Origin: Polyangiaceae bacterium
Lineage (GTDB): Bacteria; Myxococcota_A; Polyangia; Polyangiales; Polyangiaceae
Reading direction: 5' to 3'
NCBI GenBank assembly: GCA_965222375.1
Contig: CBDCTZ010000016.1
Span: forward strand, 320,001 to 384,000
Length of the DNA stretch: 64,000 nucleotides
A program made the position numbers and the translations under genes. Under the pieces are notes generated by a model that did no database searches, was not told the DNA's origin, and was given only the letters and a program-made list of their open reading frames with translations. Positions 29,948 through 40,092 of this stretch are shown here, piece by piece. Positions within the stretch are counted from its first letter, which is position 1. Every line of letters begins with the position of its first letter.

Positions 29948-30028
29948 TGGCTGGTAGCGGAAAGCGACGCCCGAAGATTGAGGCCTAGGTCGACGGCAGC
30001 TTGGTCGCGCGCGGAACCCAGCCGGACT

Positions 30029-30088
30029 CTTTGGCGCAAGGCGAGAGTAGTGGCCCTGGGTGGACCAGAGATGCGACCCCCAAACCAA
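30029..30088 (+). repeat. GTAG/REP-like dispersed repeat, copy 4 (empty IS110 target-like site)
   Basis: CTTTGGCGCAAGGCGAGAGTAGTGGCCC...CAGAGATGCGACCCCCAAACCAA. Confidence 0.75.
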
Positions 30089-30143
30089 GCAACTCACCAG
30101 AATGTTCGGAGAGGGGGCCTGCGAAGTGTCGCGGTCGACGGAT

Positions 30144-30431
30144 TTACTTCGACCTCAGTTCGTAGATCCGGATGCTCTTGATGAAGGGGTTGCTCTCCGC
30201 GAGCTTGGCGGCGGCTTCGAGACTCTCGGCTTCGATGACGTTGTAGCCGGTAATGGCGTCCGCATCCCAGCCTAGCTCTCGCGTTCCAGTCTTGGAGATC
30301 TCTTTGCCGCCGGCGAAGCCACCCTGATCGACTTGCACGTCGGCAATGGAAGCGAACCAGGCTTTCCACTTCTCCATGATTTCCGGAGTGGGTTTCTCGA
30401 AGCCGAAATGTAAGAACATGAACCTTTTCAC
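30144..30431 (-). CDS. YciI-family protein
   Basis: W.AWF, ITGY.VIEAESLEAA..LA...P, I.IYE; AGGAGG RBS. Confidence 0.8.
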   Translation of the reverse strand: MKRFMFLHFGFEKPTPEIMEKWKAWFASIADVQVDQGGFAGGKEISKTGTRELGWDADAITGYNVIEAESLEAAAKLAESNPFIKSIRIYELRSK

Positions 30432-30555
30432 AGCGATCTCCTCCTGGGGCCACCAGCCGCGGTGGGTCTTGACGTGTAGTGCTTCGTGCGCCGAGGCGTA
30501 AGCCCCAAGTTGGCGCAAGTGTGCCCCGGGGCTCCGTGCTAATGTTCCGTGCAGT

Positions 30556-32832
30556 ATGCGTAGAAAAAGCTTGGCTTGGTTGTGGGGCATTGCCCTCACG
30601 TCGTTGGTGTTTGCGAGTTCCTGCTCCGGAGAAAAGGAGCCACGACGCGGCCAAGTCATCGTCGCCTTTCAGACCGATCTTTCGATTCCCAAGGACATCA
30701 AGCTCATCGTCGTCAGCATCTACGCGGGCGGGACGAAGCGCTTTCACCAGACTTATCCGCTCAACCCCGATGGCACCTTCAGCTTGCCGGCGACGCTGGC
30801 CATCGTCGAAGGTGAGCAGAAAAACCAGCCCATCACGATCCGTGCGGTGGGTCTGGATTCCGCGGGTGAGCCGCATGTGATTCGGCAGGCGGTGACGACG
30901 GTGCCGAAAGAACGCATCGCGCTGCTGCACATGCCGCTTCAGTTTCTCTGCTACCAAAAGGTGGACGAGGGTGTCGATATCGACGGCACCGAGAACTACG
31001 ACGACGCCTGCACCAAGCAGGATCAAACTTGCATCTCCGGTGAGTGCGTGCCCGACGAGATCGACGTGAACACGCTCGCTGACTACGCTGGGGAACTCGT
31101 CTTCGGTGGGGTGGGCGCGCCAGGTTTGGCGGGTGGGCAGTGTCTCGATGTGCTCGGCTGCTTCGCGAAGGGCACGACGGTGGCGCCGGACGCCAACTGC
31201 ACGGTGGCGCTTCCCGGTGGCAGTGAGGAAAACGTCAACGTGGGCCTCGTCATGCCCCTGAATGGGCAAGGGATCTGCGGCACGGAAGCTTGCATCGTGG
31301 CCTTGGAGCGGGATGACCTGTTGGGTTGGAAGTTCGAAAATGGCCGAGCCCAATTGCCGAAGGCGGTTTGCGATCGACTAGGCAAAGACATCAATGCGTT
31401 AGCGGTCACGGGGGCGTGCGTGACCAAGACCACGTCGGTGCCGACCTGTGGTCCGTGGTCGAGCATCGACGGTGACTTCACCTTTGACGCGGGCGCACCC
31501 GCAGAGGGTGGCGAAGGTGGCGGGGAAGACCCCTGCGCTAACGCGGAAGATGGCACCTATTGCGAGTGGGAGCCGGTGATTGGCGGCGGTGGGGAAACCC
31601 TTCGCGAATGCGCCGGGCGCACGACGGTGAGCATGACGGACTGCACGGCCAGTGGTCAGGTTTGCGTCGACGGTGCATCCGAGCCGGCGTTCTGTGCGCC
31701 AGCATCGGATGGCGGACTCGATGGCGGTGACGGCGGCGACGCCGGGTTGGTGACGTTTTGTACGGGCAAGTCCGACGGCTACTACTGCAGTGGCAGCGAT
31801 CTGTATCGCTGCCTGGCGGGACTCGTGGATAGCCAGACCACGTGCACCTCGGGCTGCAGCAACGTCGGGCTCACGTCGTTCTGCACACCGCCACCGGATC
31901 CGACGGCGCAGTTTCTCGGGAACTTCTGCGTCAATGACTCGGAGTGCGGCGGGCTCAAGTGTTTGACCTCGACGGGGCTCAGCGACGGCAGTGGGCCCGC
32001 CTACGGCATGTGCACCTGGCCCTGCGAACCTGGCCAAGGCGTTTGCAACGCGGTGTCGGCGGGGTCGGGTTGCCACACCTTCGGCACGGCGCAGAGCTTC
32101 TGTCTGCAACCTTGCAGCCTGTCTGCGTCGGGAAGCACCAAGTGCCATGGGCGCGTCGAGCAGGCCTGCGCGGATCTGGTCGACATGGGCGCGGGCGGGA
32201 AGAAGACAATGTGCTTGCCCGCCTGCATTCAGGACACCGATTGCATTCCTCCGCCACCGCTGACTGACGCGGGCGCAGGCGATGCGAGTGCGCCGGATGG
32301 CGGCCCGCCCGATGCAAGCAGCGGGTTTGGTCACTGCTCCATCGCCAGCGGGCTATGTCAGCCGGTGTCGCCGGGTTCATCCAGCATTGGCAAAGACTGC
32401 TCGAGTTCGACCTGCAGCGACTCGGTGTGTACGCCCTTCAACTGGACCGCTCCACCGGATGCCGGCGTGGAAGCCGGACCCGGGTCGTCGATGGTCTGCT
32501 CCGGAGGCTGCTCCCTCGGCAATCTATGCGGTTGGGACACCCAGGCGACGTTGGAGCCCCCCGCGGCGTGTCTGCTGCCTACGGATCCCCTCAACATTCA
32601 GCTGGGCAACCTGGGGCAGTGCGTGCAGCTCTGCGGCTGCGGCAGCTCCTACTCGCCGGTATGCCCAACCGGTATGCAGTGCAACCGTTTCGACGCGAAG
32701 TGGCTCAAGGGCACTCCGGTGGAAGCCGCGATCATCTCGCTCGGCCTGACCAACTTCGGCGCCGATGGCTACTGCGGTCCGCCGATTGACCCGTCGGGCA
32801 AGCTGATCACGAGTGTGATGCAGGATTGCTGA
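30556..32832 (+). CDS. Large Cys-rich surface lipoprotein
   Basis: SSC lipobox, many Cys-rich modules, DAG/DGG linkers. Confidence 0.8.
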   Translation: MRRKSLAWLWGIALTSLVFASSCSGEKEPRRGQVIVAFQTDLSIPKDIKLIVVSIYAGGTKRFHQTYPLNPDGTFSLPATLAIVEGEQKNQPITIRAVGLDSAGEPHVIRQAVTTVPKERIALLHMPLQFLCYQKVDEGVDIDGTENYDDACTKQDQTCISGECVPDEIDVNTLADYAGELVFGGVGAPGLAGGQCLDVLGCFAKGTTVAPDANCTVALPGGSEENVNVGLVMPLNGQGICGTEACIVALERDDLLGWKFENGRAQLPKAVCDRLGKDINALAVTGACVTKTTSVPTCGPWSSIDGDFTFDAGAPAEGGEGGGEDPCANAEDGTYCEWEPVIGGGGETLRECAGRTTVSMTDCTASGQVCVDGASEPAFCAPASDGGLDGGDGGDAGLVTFCTGKSDGYYCSGSDLYRCLAGLVDSQTTCTSGCSNVGLTSFCTPPPDPTAQFLGNFCVNDSECGGLKCLTSTGLSDGSGPAYGMCTWPCEPGQGVCNAVSAGSGCHTFGTAQSFCLQPCSLSASGSTKCHGRVEQACADLVDMGAGGKKTMCLPACIQDTDCIPPPPLTDAGAGDASAPDGGPPDASSGFGHCSIASGLCQPVSPGSSSIGKDCSSSTCSDSVCTPFNWTAPPDAGVEAGPGSSMVCSGGCSLGNLCGWDTQATLEPPAACLLPTDPLNIQLGNLGQCVQLCGCGSSYSPVCPTGMQCNRFDAKWLKGTPVEAAIISLGLTNFGADGYCGPPIDPSGKLITSVMQDC

Positions 32833-32959
32833 GCGGACCGCAACTCCGTACAGCCAGATCATGAGCACGGCGTCGTGTTGTTGATTTGAAACAGCAATCG
32901 GTGATCAGCACGCTCATAGCTTCGTCGAACCCGTGTGGCGCGACGGAGCGGGGCGGCGG

Positions 32960-33979
32960 TCAGCTGCGGGCGAACATCGCTTGCATCCAGTAGGGGTAGA
33001 TGTTTGGCGGTGCGGTGAGCTTGGCGAGCTCGGCGAGCTCCTCCTCGGTCCACTCGACTTCGACGGCGACGAGGTTGTCCTCGAGCTGATCCATCCGCTT
33101 GGCCCCGATGATGACCGACGTGATGGCGGGCTGGCGGACCACCCAGGACAGAGCGAGGCGGGGAATGGTCGAGTCTTTCGCCTTGGCGAGGGCTTCGAGC
33201 TTGTCAACGACGTCGTAGCCTTTCTCCTTGTCGATGGGCGGAAAATCGAAGGTCGTGCGCCGCGATCCCTCCGGACTCTCTTGACCGCGCCGGTACTTGC
33301 CGGTGATGAATCCGCCGGCGAGCGGCGACCAAACCATGATGCCGAGGCCCTGGTCTTTGCACATCGGGATCAGATCCAGCTCGAGCTCGCGACCGAGCAG
33401 GGAGTAGTACGCCTGAAGCGAGACGAAGTGGGCGCCGGAGCCCGCGAGGCCGTTGGCTTTGGTGATCTGCCAGCCCGTGAGGTTGGAGCAGCCCACGTAT
33501 CGGACCTTGCCTTGGCGCACCAGATCCTCGAGGGCGCGCATGGTCTCCTCGAGGGGCGTTTTGGTGTCGGGCCCGTGGACTTGGTAGAGGTCTATGTGAT
33601 CCGTGCCGAGGCGCTGCAGGCTCGCCTCGCAGCCAGCGACGATGTGCTTGCGTGACAGACCGATGTTGTTCACGTCGCCGGTCCCGTCGCCGGCGGCCTC
33701 GCTCATGGGGCCGCGAACCTTCGTGGCGATGACGACCGAGTTCCGATCGACCCCGAGCTTCTTCAACGCACCACCGAGGAGCGACTCGGACTGCCCCATG
33801 CTGTAGATGTCGGCGGTGTCGAAGAAGTTGATGCCCCCATCGAGGGCACGCTTCACGAGCCCCGTGGCCCCGTCCTGCTCAACCTCGCCGATCCCGTAAA
33901 AGCCTTGCCCAAAAGTCATGCACCCAAGGCAGAGCTCGGAGACGCGAAGACCCGTGTTGCCCAGAAATCGATACTCCAT
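32960..33979 (-). CDS. Aldo/keto reductase
   Basis: LG.TGLRVSELCLG.MTFG, FFDTADIY, IATK, DHIDLYQVH, GKVRYVGCSN, WSPLAGG. Confidence 0.95.
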   Translation of the reverse strand: MEYRFLGNTGLRVSELCLGCMTFGQGFYGIGEVEQDGATGLVKRALDGGINFFDTADIYSMGQSESLLGGALKKLGVDRNSVVIATKVRGPMSEAAGDGTGDVNNIGLSRKHIVAGCEASLQRLGTDHIDLYQVHGPDTKTPLEETMRALEDLVRQGKVRYVGCSNLTGWQITKANGLAGSGAHFVSLQAYYSLLGRELELDLIPMCKDQGLGIMVWSPLAGGFITGKYRRGQESPEGSRRTTFDFPPIDKEKGYDVVDKLEALAKAKDSTIPRLALSWVVRQPAITSVIIGAKRMDQLEDNLVAVEVEWTEEELAELAKLTAPPNIYPYWMQAMFARS

Positions 33980-34131
33980 ATTGCCCTCCTGTTGGTGATG
34001 CGGGCGCGAAGCGTAAGGCAGAGGGGGACGCACCGCCATCCCCTGAGATCGGTCTTTGATGAGGCGATCTGGGCGGGCTGTGCTTGCGGTGATGTCGTCG
34101 CTGTGACGGTCTTGCTAGGACGGTCTTTACA

Positions 34132-34153
34132 AATGTACATCTAGATGTACATT
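34132..34153. promoter_or_regulatory. Perfect 22-bp palindrome with two TGTACA boxes; probable Phd/YefM operator
   Basis: AATGTACATCTAGATGTACATT directly upstream of the antitoxin start. Confidence 0.75.
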
Positions 34154-34159
34154 GGGAGC

Positions 34160-34438
34160 ATGGCAAAGAGTTACACGGTGGCCAGCGCTAGGGCGAAGTT
34201 GGCCAAGATCGTCGACGAAGTGGAGTCGGGGAAGGAAGTTGAGCTGACGCGGCGCGGGAAGAAGGTGGCTGTGGTGATGTCGGCCGCCAGGTACGCCCGT
34301 CTGCGCGGCGATCATGTGGCCTTCATGACAGCGTACGAGACCTTTTGCGAGGAGACCGACCTGAGCGAGGTGGGCGTTGAACCGGGGTGGGCGCGTGGTC
34401 TTCGCAGTCGCGACGCGGGGCGGACCGTCAAGCTGTGA
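34160..34438 (+). CDS. Phd/YefM-family antitoxin
   Basis: ARAKLAKIVDEVESG.EVELTRRGKKVAVV. Confidence 0.88.
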   Translation: MAKSYTVASARAKLAKIVDEVESGKEVELTRRGKKVAVVMSAARYARLRGDHVAFMTAYETFCEETDLSEVGVEPGWARGLRSRDAGRTVKL

Positions 34439-34857
34439 CCCGATTTCTTTTGGATACCAGCACGGTTTCTGCGGCTGTCTGGAAAACCCCGGACCGGGGC
34501 GTGCTCGAGCGGTTGACCGAGCACGGAGGCGAGTGCGCGACGTGTTCGCCGGTCTGGCATGAGCTGCAGTTTGGCGCGCGGCGACTTTCACGCGGGAAAC
34601 GTCGGGCTGCATTGGAGGCGTTTCTGGAGGAAGTCGTGCGTGCGACTCTGCCGATTCTGCCTTACGACGAGCGCGCAGCAGAGTGGCACGGCGCAGAGCG
34701 CGCGAGACTCGAACGCTCCGGCAAAAGGCCGCCATTCGTGGACGGCCAGATCGCCGCGATTGCTGTGACCTCGGGGATTCCGCTGATCACCGCGAATCCG
34801 GCAGACTTCAAATCCTTCAAGGGGCTCGTCGTTCAGAACTGGGTGGCCGGGCGATGA
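34435..34857 (+). CDS. vapC: VapC (PIN domain) toxin
   Basis: FLLDTS, EL..G, D.QIAAIA, LIT.N..DF; GTGA overlap with the antitoxin. Confidence 0.88.
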   Translation: MTRFLLDTSTVSAAVWKTPDRGVLERLTEHGGECATCSPVWHELQFGARRLSRGKRRAALEAFLEEVVRATLPILPYDERAAEWHGAERARLERSGKRPPFVDGQIAAIAVTSGIPLITANPADFKSFKGLVVQNWVAGR

Positions 34858-34913
34858 CGGGCGACCGCTGAACGGTACGACTTCTTCCGCGGGACGTCTG
34901 CCGTATCCCCCGG

Positions 34914-35339
34914 TTACGCGGAGGCGTCGCCGAGCGGCTTGTCTGCGAACCACTTCACGAGCCGAGGCATCATGGTCTCGAAACCCGCGGGTATGTTGAT
35001 GCTGATGAATCGGCAGTTTTCCGCAGCAAAGTTCTGGAAGTCGTGGGATGTGCCGCCGGGGATCAAGGCATAGCTTCCGCGGGGAGCATCCGTTCGCTGG
35101 CCCTCGATGAACAGGCTGAGGGTGCCCTCCAGCACGTAGAAGATGTGGTCATCCGGATGCGAGTGAGCGCCCGGGCCCTCCGTTTGAGCGTCCAGCGACC
35201 ACTCGGAGATCGAGTACCGATTGTCAGTCTCATCGCCGTCCGCGAAAAACACGGCCCGCATGCGCCCCATGTCGTACTCGCGCCCTTCGTCCGGCCTGAC
35301 GACTAGCGGCTTCCGATCACTATCTCCTGAACTGGTCAC
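34914..35339 (-). CDS. Cupin domain protein
   Basis: G.HSH, FYVLEG, IPGG..H.F.N. Confidence 0.85.
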   Translation of the reverse strand: MTSSGDSDRKPLVVRPDEGREYDMGRMRAVFFADGDETDNRYSISEWSLDAQTEGPGAHSHPDDHIFYVLEGTLSLFIEGQRTDAPRGSYALIPGGTSHDFQNFAAENCRFISINIPAGFETMMPRLVKWFADKPLGDASA

Positions 35340-35932
35340 GCACGTTTCCCTTCATCGGACACTACACGAGCTAGGATCTGTTCGACCACCTCAGACTTCG
35401 CGTCGGCGTAGTTCTGCACGTGCTTCCAGCGCTGGGCTGCGAGCTCGCGCTTGGTTCGTTCGTAGAGCTCGCGGTCCTCGGTGTGGGTTCGCAGCCAGTC
35501 GCGAAACCCGATCATGCGGTCGATCTCGATGCACCCCGCGGAGAAGACGTGGAGGTTCACGTCTGTGTCCGACCCCTTGAATACGCGGTGCTCGTACCAC
35601 TCAGGTTCCCGGATCCGGAGGGTGTACCCCGCGGACTGCAGCGCCGGCACGTACCTCGGCTCGTTAGACGAGTCCTCGACAACCAAGAGAATGTCGATGC
35701 GCGGCTTTGCCGCAAGCCCGGGCACTGCAGTCGACCCGACGTGTTCCAGACACACGACGCTTTCGCCCAGCACATGCCGGATGCGCTCCGCTTCGCGAGC
35801 GAACAAGTCTGACCATGACGGATCATGGTCCACGATCAGAATGGACTCGTTGTGTGGCTCGAGCTCGCCAACCGTGTACGCGGCGATCTCTGCGTCGGTC
35901 GTGGGCTTGCGGCTGGGGGCGGAGGAGGACAT
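35336..35932 (-). CDS. GrpB-family nucleotidyltransferase-fold protein
   Basis: EHVGSTAVPGLAAKP.IDI, FRDWLR, Y...KR.LA, YADAK. Confidence 0.9.
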   Translation of the reverse strand: MSSSAPSRKPTTDAEIAAYTVGELEPHNESILIVDHDPSWSDLFAREAERIRHVLGESVVCLEHVGSTAVPGLAAKPRIDILLVVEDSSNEPRYVPALQSAGYTLRIREPEWYEHRVFKGSDTDVNLHVFSAGCIEIDRMIGFRDWLRTHTEDRELYERTKRELAAQRWKHVQNYADAKSEVVEQILARVVSDEGKRA

Positions 35933-36143
35933 GTTCCTTCATGAGATCCGGTTGACGTCCTGACGGCAAGACGCGCCACACGTTCGGCCGGTACCGCTCG
36001 ATCTCGGCAACCCGTCCTTGTACGATACTTGGAGGTCACTGAGAAGGAGAACACGACGGCCATGCCAGCACACAGTCCAGACGGGTATTTCGGTGGCTCC
36101 TTGCGGAGTCGGACACGCTAGTGGCCATTCCGGGGTGGCCACC

Positions 36144-36600
36144 GTGAACGAGGTCGACGACGGCACCGCCCCGAGAGGTTCGCACCGTTTGAGCGTTTTC
36201 TTCGAAACGTGCCAACCAGCCTTCGCTGGTGCTTTGCACGCCGTCGAGGGAATCGCGCGCGCCACTCGTCAAGACCTTGAAGCAGGCCGCGTTGATCACG
36301 AATTGCTCAGGCGTCTATACGGGGACTATGAACCGCTGAACAATCTCGACGCTTTCATCAAGGCCGCGGAGCAGCTGTTCCCCGTGGGAAACTGCGGGAT
36401 CGCGTCGCTTCTGTTGCGAGAGAGATTGGGCCGAGGGCGGGTTCACACGGGAAGCTATGATGGTCACTGCACACGTTCCTCGTGCTCGCAGCGAAGATCG
36501 CGGTTGACATCACCGCCGATCAGTTCGGCGGGCCCCAAGTGTACGTTGGGCCTGTTCGTTTGCCATGGACCCACGAGCCGCCGAAAAATTCGTCGCACTT
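36144..36600 (+). pseudogene. Frameshifted gene remnant with a possible Cys-His-Asp (transglutaminase-like) triad
   Basis: NCGIAS and GH in one frame; VDITADQF in another. Confidence 0.4.
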
Positions 36601-36634
36601 GGCAACAGGCAATGGGCCGACAAGGCCGCCAGTG

Positions 36635-36730
36635 CCTGCGCAAGGCCGAAGGGAACCCCTGAAAGGGGCAGGGCGGAACGGACACCAGGATGGAAAGCCG
36701 GTCGTCGCCTGCAGCAACGTCCTGTTAGGT
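36635..36730 (-). other. Degenerate attC remnant (R''/L'' half, long class)
   Basis: GAAGGGAACCCCTGAAAGGGGCAGGGCGGAACGGAC...CAACGTCCTGTTAGGT. Confidence 0.8.
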
Positions 36731-36792
36731 GGTTCCCAGTGGCACTGCACGCAGGTCCACGTGTCGCCCGGTGTCAGGCGCAATCCGGACGT

Positions 36793-36843
36793 GCGGTATT
36801 CACTCGAGACGTGCACGGCGCGGTATTCACTCGAGACGTGCAC
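36793..36843. repeat. 27-nt-period tandem duplication (GCGGTATTCACTCGAGACGTGCAC x2)
   Basis: Direct inspection. Confidence 0.85.
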
Positions 36844-36916
36844 CGCGGGGTCCGCGCGGAGTAGGCTTTCGCCATGTTTCACCCGGGAGCCTGATCGCTC
36901 AGCGCCTCGGTCGACG

Positions 36917-37201
36917 TTAGAGCAGTGACTCGAGTTCGCGTCGCACCTCAGACCAGGGGCGTGCGGTATCAGGGTTCGCCTTGTGGGCGTGGAGGCGTCG
37001 GCGAACCAGGGCACGCTGGGCATCAGTGACTTCGAGTTCACCGGAATCGATCCTGTCAGCCAGGACACTAGATGCCAGTGTGCAAGCGAGCCGCACCGCT
37101 TCGTCTTGTGAGTCTCCGTAGACGACTACTCCAGGCAGTTCGGAGATCTCAGCCAACCAGCGCCCGTCCGCCTCCTGCTCGAGTGCGACAGTGAGTTTCA
37201 T
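36917..37201 (-). CDS. HicB-like N-terminus fused to an addiction-module-antitoxin-like tail
   Basis: E.DGRWLAEI.ELPGV..YG.S.DEA followed by AQR....RRL.....P....PWSEVR.EL. Confidence 0.6.
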   Translation of the reverse strand: MKLTVALEQEADGRWLAEISELPGVVVYGDSQDEAVRLACTLASSVLADRIDSGELEVTDAQRALVRRRLHAHKANPDTARPWSEVRRELESLL

Positions 37202-37434
37202 CGTTTCAGGCCGACTAGGCTTGCACGGGCTTGTTCAAGGGCCTGCTCGGTAGAGATCGTGTGAGCCGTGCCATTGCGAAGTCGCTCAATTCGTCGTGCG
37301 ACCTCGTGTGCCCAGGCGTCTTCTGAGTTGTTCTTCGCGTCTTCGAGAGTCTGCGCAAGGCGAAGCGCGAGACGGGCACGCTCGTCCTCAGGAAGCCCAT
37401 GCGCTTCGGGGAGAAAGGAGTCTGACGAACGCAT
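37198..37434 (-). CDS. Addiction-module antitoxin-like protein
   Basis: LP.DERA.LA..L...L, AW..EV.RRI.....G. Confidence 0.7.
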   Translation of the reverse strand: MRSSDSFLPEAHGLPEDERARLALRLAQTLEDAKNNSEDAWAHEVARRIERLRNGTAHTISTEQALEQARASLVGLKR

Positions 37435-37459
37435 GTCGAGGTTGTAACACCACGGCTAT

Positions 37460-37598
37460 GCAAACGCACGAGTGCTCGGTTTTCCGACGGCGGCGTGATG
37501 TCGCTCTGGAAGAGGTCGACCGACAGGGCGGCGTGACCGATCCGTCCGGCAACATCTGGTGGATCTCGACGCGGGTGGTCCAAGAGCCGTACGACTGA
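37460..37598 (+). pseudogene. VOC/PhnB-family 3' fragment
   Basis: DRQGGVTDPSGNIWWIST. Confidence 0.55.
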
Positions 37599-37642
37599 GG
37601 TGAGTGCGAGGCGCTCGACCAGGTTGCTCGGAGAGCCTCGGA

Positions 37643-38333
37643 CTAGCTCGAGCACCGGTCATCTGGACGGGAGGGAACCAAATGGCATCGCCGTCCGGAC
37701 CGGTAATACCCCAGCTTCTCCGCGACTCGGAGAGACGCCCAGTTGTCCTCCGCACAACTCCAAACAGCTGTCTTTCCGCGCTCGAACACACGCCGGAGAA
37801 CCACTCGCGCTGCGGCCTCAGCAAAACCCCGATTCCGGTACTCCTCCTTGGTAGTGTCAGCGGGCATCCGAAAGGGCGTCTAAGCGGGCGGCATGGCGAA
37901 GGTGCCCAGATTTGCGCGTGAGTGATGCCCAGATTTGCGCCTTCGGATGAGCGCGTGAAATTGGGCCTGGTGGGAACGACGCAAGTTCGAGGTAAACGTC
38001 ACCGATTACCCTTGGCTCCGAACCAAGCGCGCAGCGCACGTGATCCGCAACGTCCGCGGCTGCCTCCTCCGGAACGTTGAGACAACCCCACCCCGGAGCC
38101 ACCTGGGCAAGGGACCAGATTGTGTCGGCAGTGCCGAATGCGAACGGCTCGTCCGGGTACGGTCCGGGCCGGATGAAGCAGCCCAAGAGCTCCCCGCTCC
38201 CCCCGCGCACCGTCCAGGCCTCACAGATTCCACGCTGTAACAGGTGGACCGCCGCAGCCGTCCACGGCGACTCACCCAGTTCGGCAGCCAATGCCGTAAA
38301 CGCTGCTCGCGGCAACTTTGTCGGCCTAGCCAT
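37643..38333 (-). pseudogene. Disrupted GNAT acetyltransferase
   Basis: C-part T.EEYRNRGFA...WSC..DN.ASLRVAEKLGY is out of frame with the N-part; 15-nt duplication TGCCCAGATTTGCGC at 37903 and 37926. Confidence 0.65.
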
Positions 38334-38364
38334 GGCGACGCTGTCTCAGAAACGTGCGAGACCC

Positions 38365-38419
38365 ACCTGACGCGCTGCCGCTCATCTGCGGATCCGTCAC
38401 CTGCAGCGGCTTGTTTGGC
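38365..38419 (-). other. Degenerate short (55 bp) attC of a different family
   Basis: Minus strand reads GCCAAACAAGCCGCTGCAGGTGACGGATCCGCAGATGAGCGGCAGCGCGTCAGGT; attC-like symmetry with a mutated GTT core. Confidence 0.55.
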
Positions 38420-38474
38420 CGACACTTCGCCACCAACTCAACTACTCCCGTCCCAACCCCTCGCCTCCGAAACA

Positions 38475-39083
38475 CTACAAGTTCCTTGTCATGCGCACGA
38501 ACACCGTCGGCAGCAACTTGGACGCCGGCCAGCGCGAGGACTCGACCATCCCGCGACGCGCGTACAGCTTGCGCGCACCCTTGTTCTTCGCCGCGACATC
38601 CAGACAGAGCCGGGCTGATCCGGTGGCCCTGGCGCGTTCTTCCGCGTCGGCCATCAGAAGCGAGCCAATCCCGGCCCCACGCAAATTCGGCTCCACAGCC
38701 ATTCCCTGGATATAGAAATCTCCCTCGGCAAAAGTGTTCAAGATGCGCCAGAGCGGCCCCAGAAGTGTCCGCACGCACCCCATGCGGAACGCGCTGCGGC
38801 CGGCGGCACGCCTCAGGGGCTCCTCGCTGAAGCTGCGGTGCTGTGCGCCAGTGAACGCGGAGTTCATGCCGACAACCACACCATCGCGCTCGGCAAACAG
38901 CACGTGCTCGAACGAAAGCGAATGTCCGGGCTCGGAGAAGGCACTGGCGATGATCCGTTCCGCGTTTCGGCCGAGCATGAAGCCGAAGAAACTCTCGGCC
39001 GCCTGATCCATGTAGCGAGCGAAGAGCAGCCCTTCATCATGGTCCGGTGTCGCGGGACGTATCAGCACGGAGGCACTTCGCAT
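38475..39083 (-). CDS. GNAT acetyltransferase
   Basis: IRPAT, YI..MAV.P..RG.GIGS.L, N..A..LY...G. Confidence 0.9.
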   Translation of the reverse strand: MRSASVLIRPATPDHDEGLLFARYMDQAAESFFGFMLGRNAERIIASAFSEPGHSLSFEHVLFAERDGVVVGMNSAFTGAQHRSFSEEPLRRAAGRSAFRMGCVRTLLGPLWRILNTFAEGDFYIQGMAVEPNLRGAGIGSLLMADAEERARATGSARLCLDVAAKNKGARKLYARRGMVESSRWPASKLLPTVFVRMTRNL

Positions 39084-39160
39084 CTCTGTCCGCTCCTACC
39101 CTGATACACAGGTGCTCGGAAGCCCGCACCCGGTCATCAGCTGATAGAGCTTGTTCGTCC

Positions 39161-39240
39161 GCCTAACAATTGAGGCGTTCAGCAGCGAACGCCGAACAAC
39201 ATACGCAGACTCTATCACGCTGCAGGCGCAGAATTGCGCC
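39161..39240 (-). other. attC fragment (L'/R' half only)
   Basis: GCCTAACAATTGAGGCGTTCAGCAGCGAACGCC...CACGCTGCAGGCGCAG, then homology ends. Confidence 0.85.
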
Positions 39241-39278
39241 GCGGTGGCGGTGTGCAAGGAAAATCCGCCGCCGTTCGT

Positions 39279-39730
39279 TCATCGCGCGTTCCTGATCGGG
39301 AGGCGGTCCCAAACGATGCGCGGCGCCAGGCTCCCATCCGGCACGGCCCGCACGGGCACGATGGCGCCCACTGGAAGCGTATCCGGCCATCCGCCACGCG
39401 GCGTGACCCGTATTTTCGAGATGTTGGGTTCGCAACCCGGGATCTCGACACGCAGCTCGAGCTCGACACTGACGTTCTTGTCACGGGACATCGCATCGGT
39501 ACAGTCGATGATTGAGAGGATCGTTGCCTGGCCCGGTACCGCCAACGCTTCGAAGCGGCGGTCGAGGAACCGGTTGGAGATGAGAAAGAGAACGACGGTG
39601 GGCACCATCAATGCGATGAACGCAACCGCGCCGCTGCCGCCGCCGTACACAGATTCGACGACCCCGCTTGCCACACAGCTCGCCAGCGCCGCGGCCAAGA
39701 CGACCTAGTCCAAAGCTCCACGGTCCGAGC
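39279..39730 (-). pseudogene. Hypothetical membrane protein, probably with an in-frame TAG at 39705-07
   Basis: GALD*VVLAAALA..., TM segments, then a beta-rich domain. Confidence 0.35.
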
Positions 39731-40092
39731 TGATGGCACGTCTGCGGGGTCGGAGGTGTCGACCTTGCGTGCCGCCTGCCAATCGCGGCGCGGATCCACC
39801 GGCAAGAGGCGAACAGCCGCGTGGCGCCAGTGCAACGAAGGTCCGACAGCGCCCAGGCCCTCCACTGGCAGCGTAGCCGCGCGTTGTCGGGCTTCCTGAC
39901 AAGCTACGAGGACCTGAGCACCGCGGCCGGCGGACGGTTTCCACGTCATTGCCACAACCGACGTCGCGGAGCGTCTCGTCACGTCGCGGTAGGCCGCGTG
40001 GTCCTCGCCCGCAGGCACCGCCCGGTCTCACGCAAGCAATTGGTTTGACCGAACTAGCGGTTGATGCTCGGTTGCTTGCGGCGGTTCACTTT

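Noticed and set aside
39100..39158. Additional attC-like half-site (CGAACAAGCTCTATCAGCTGA on the minus strand)
   Set aside because: Too degenerate, with no convincing L'/R' partner
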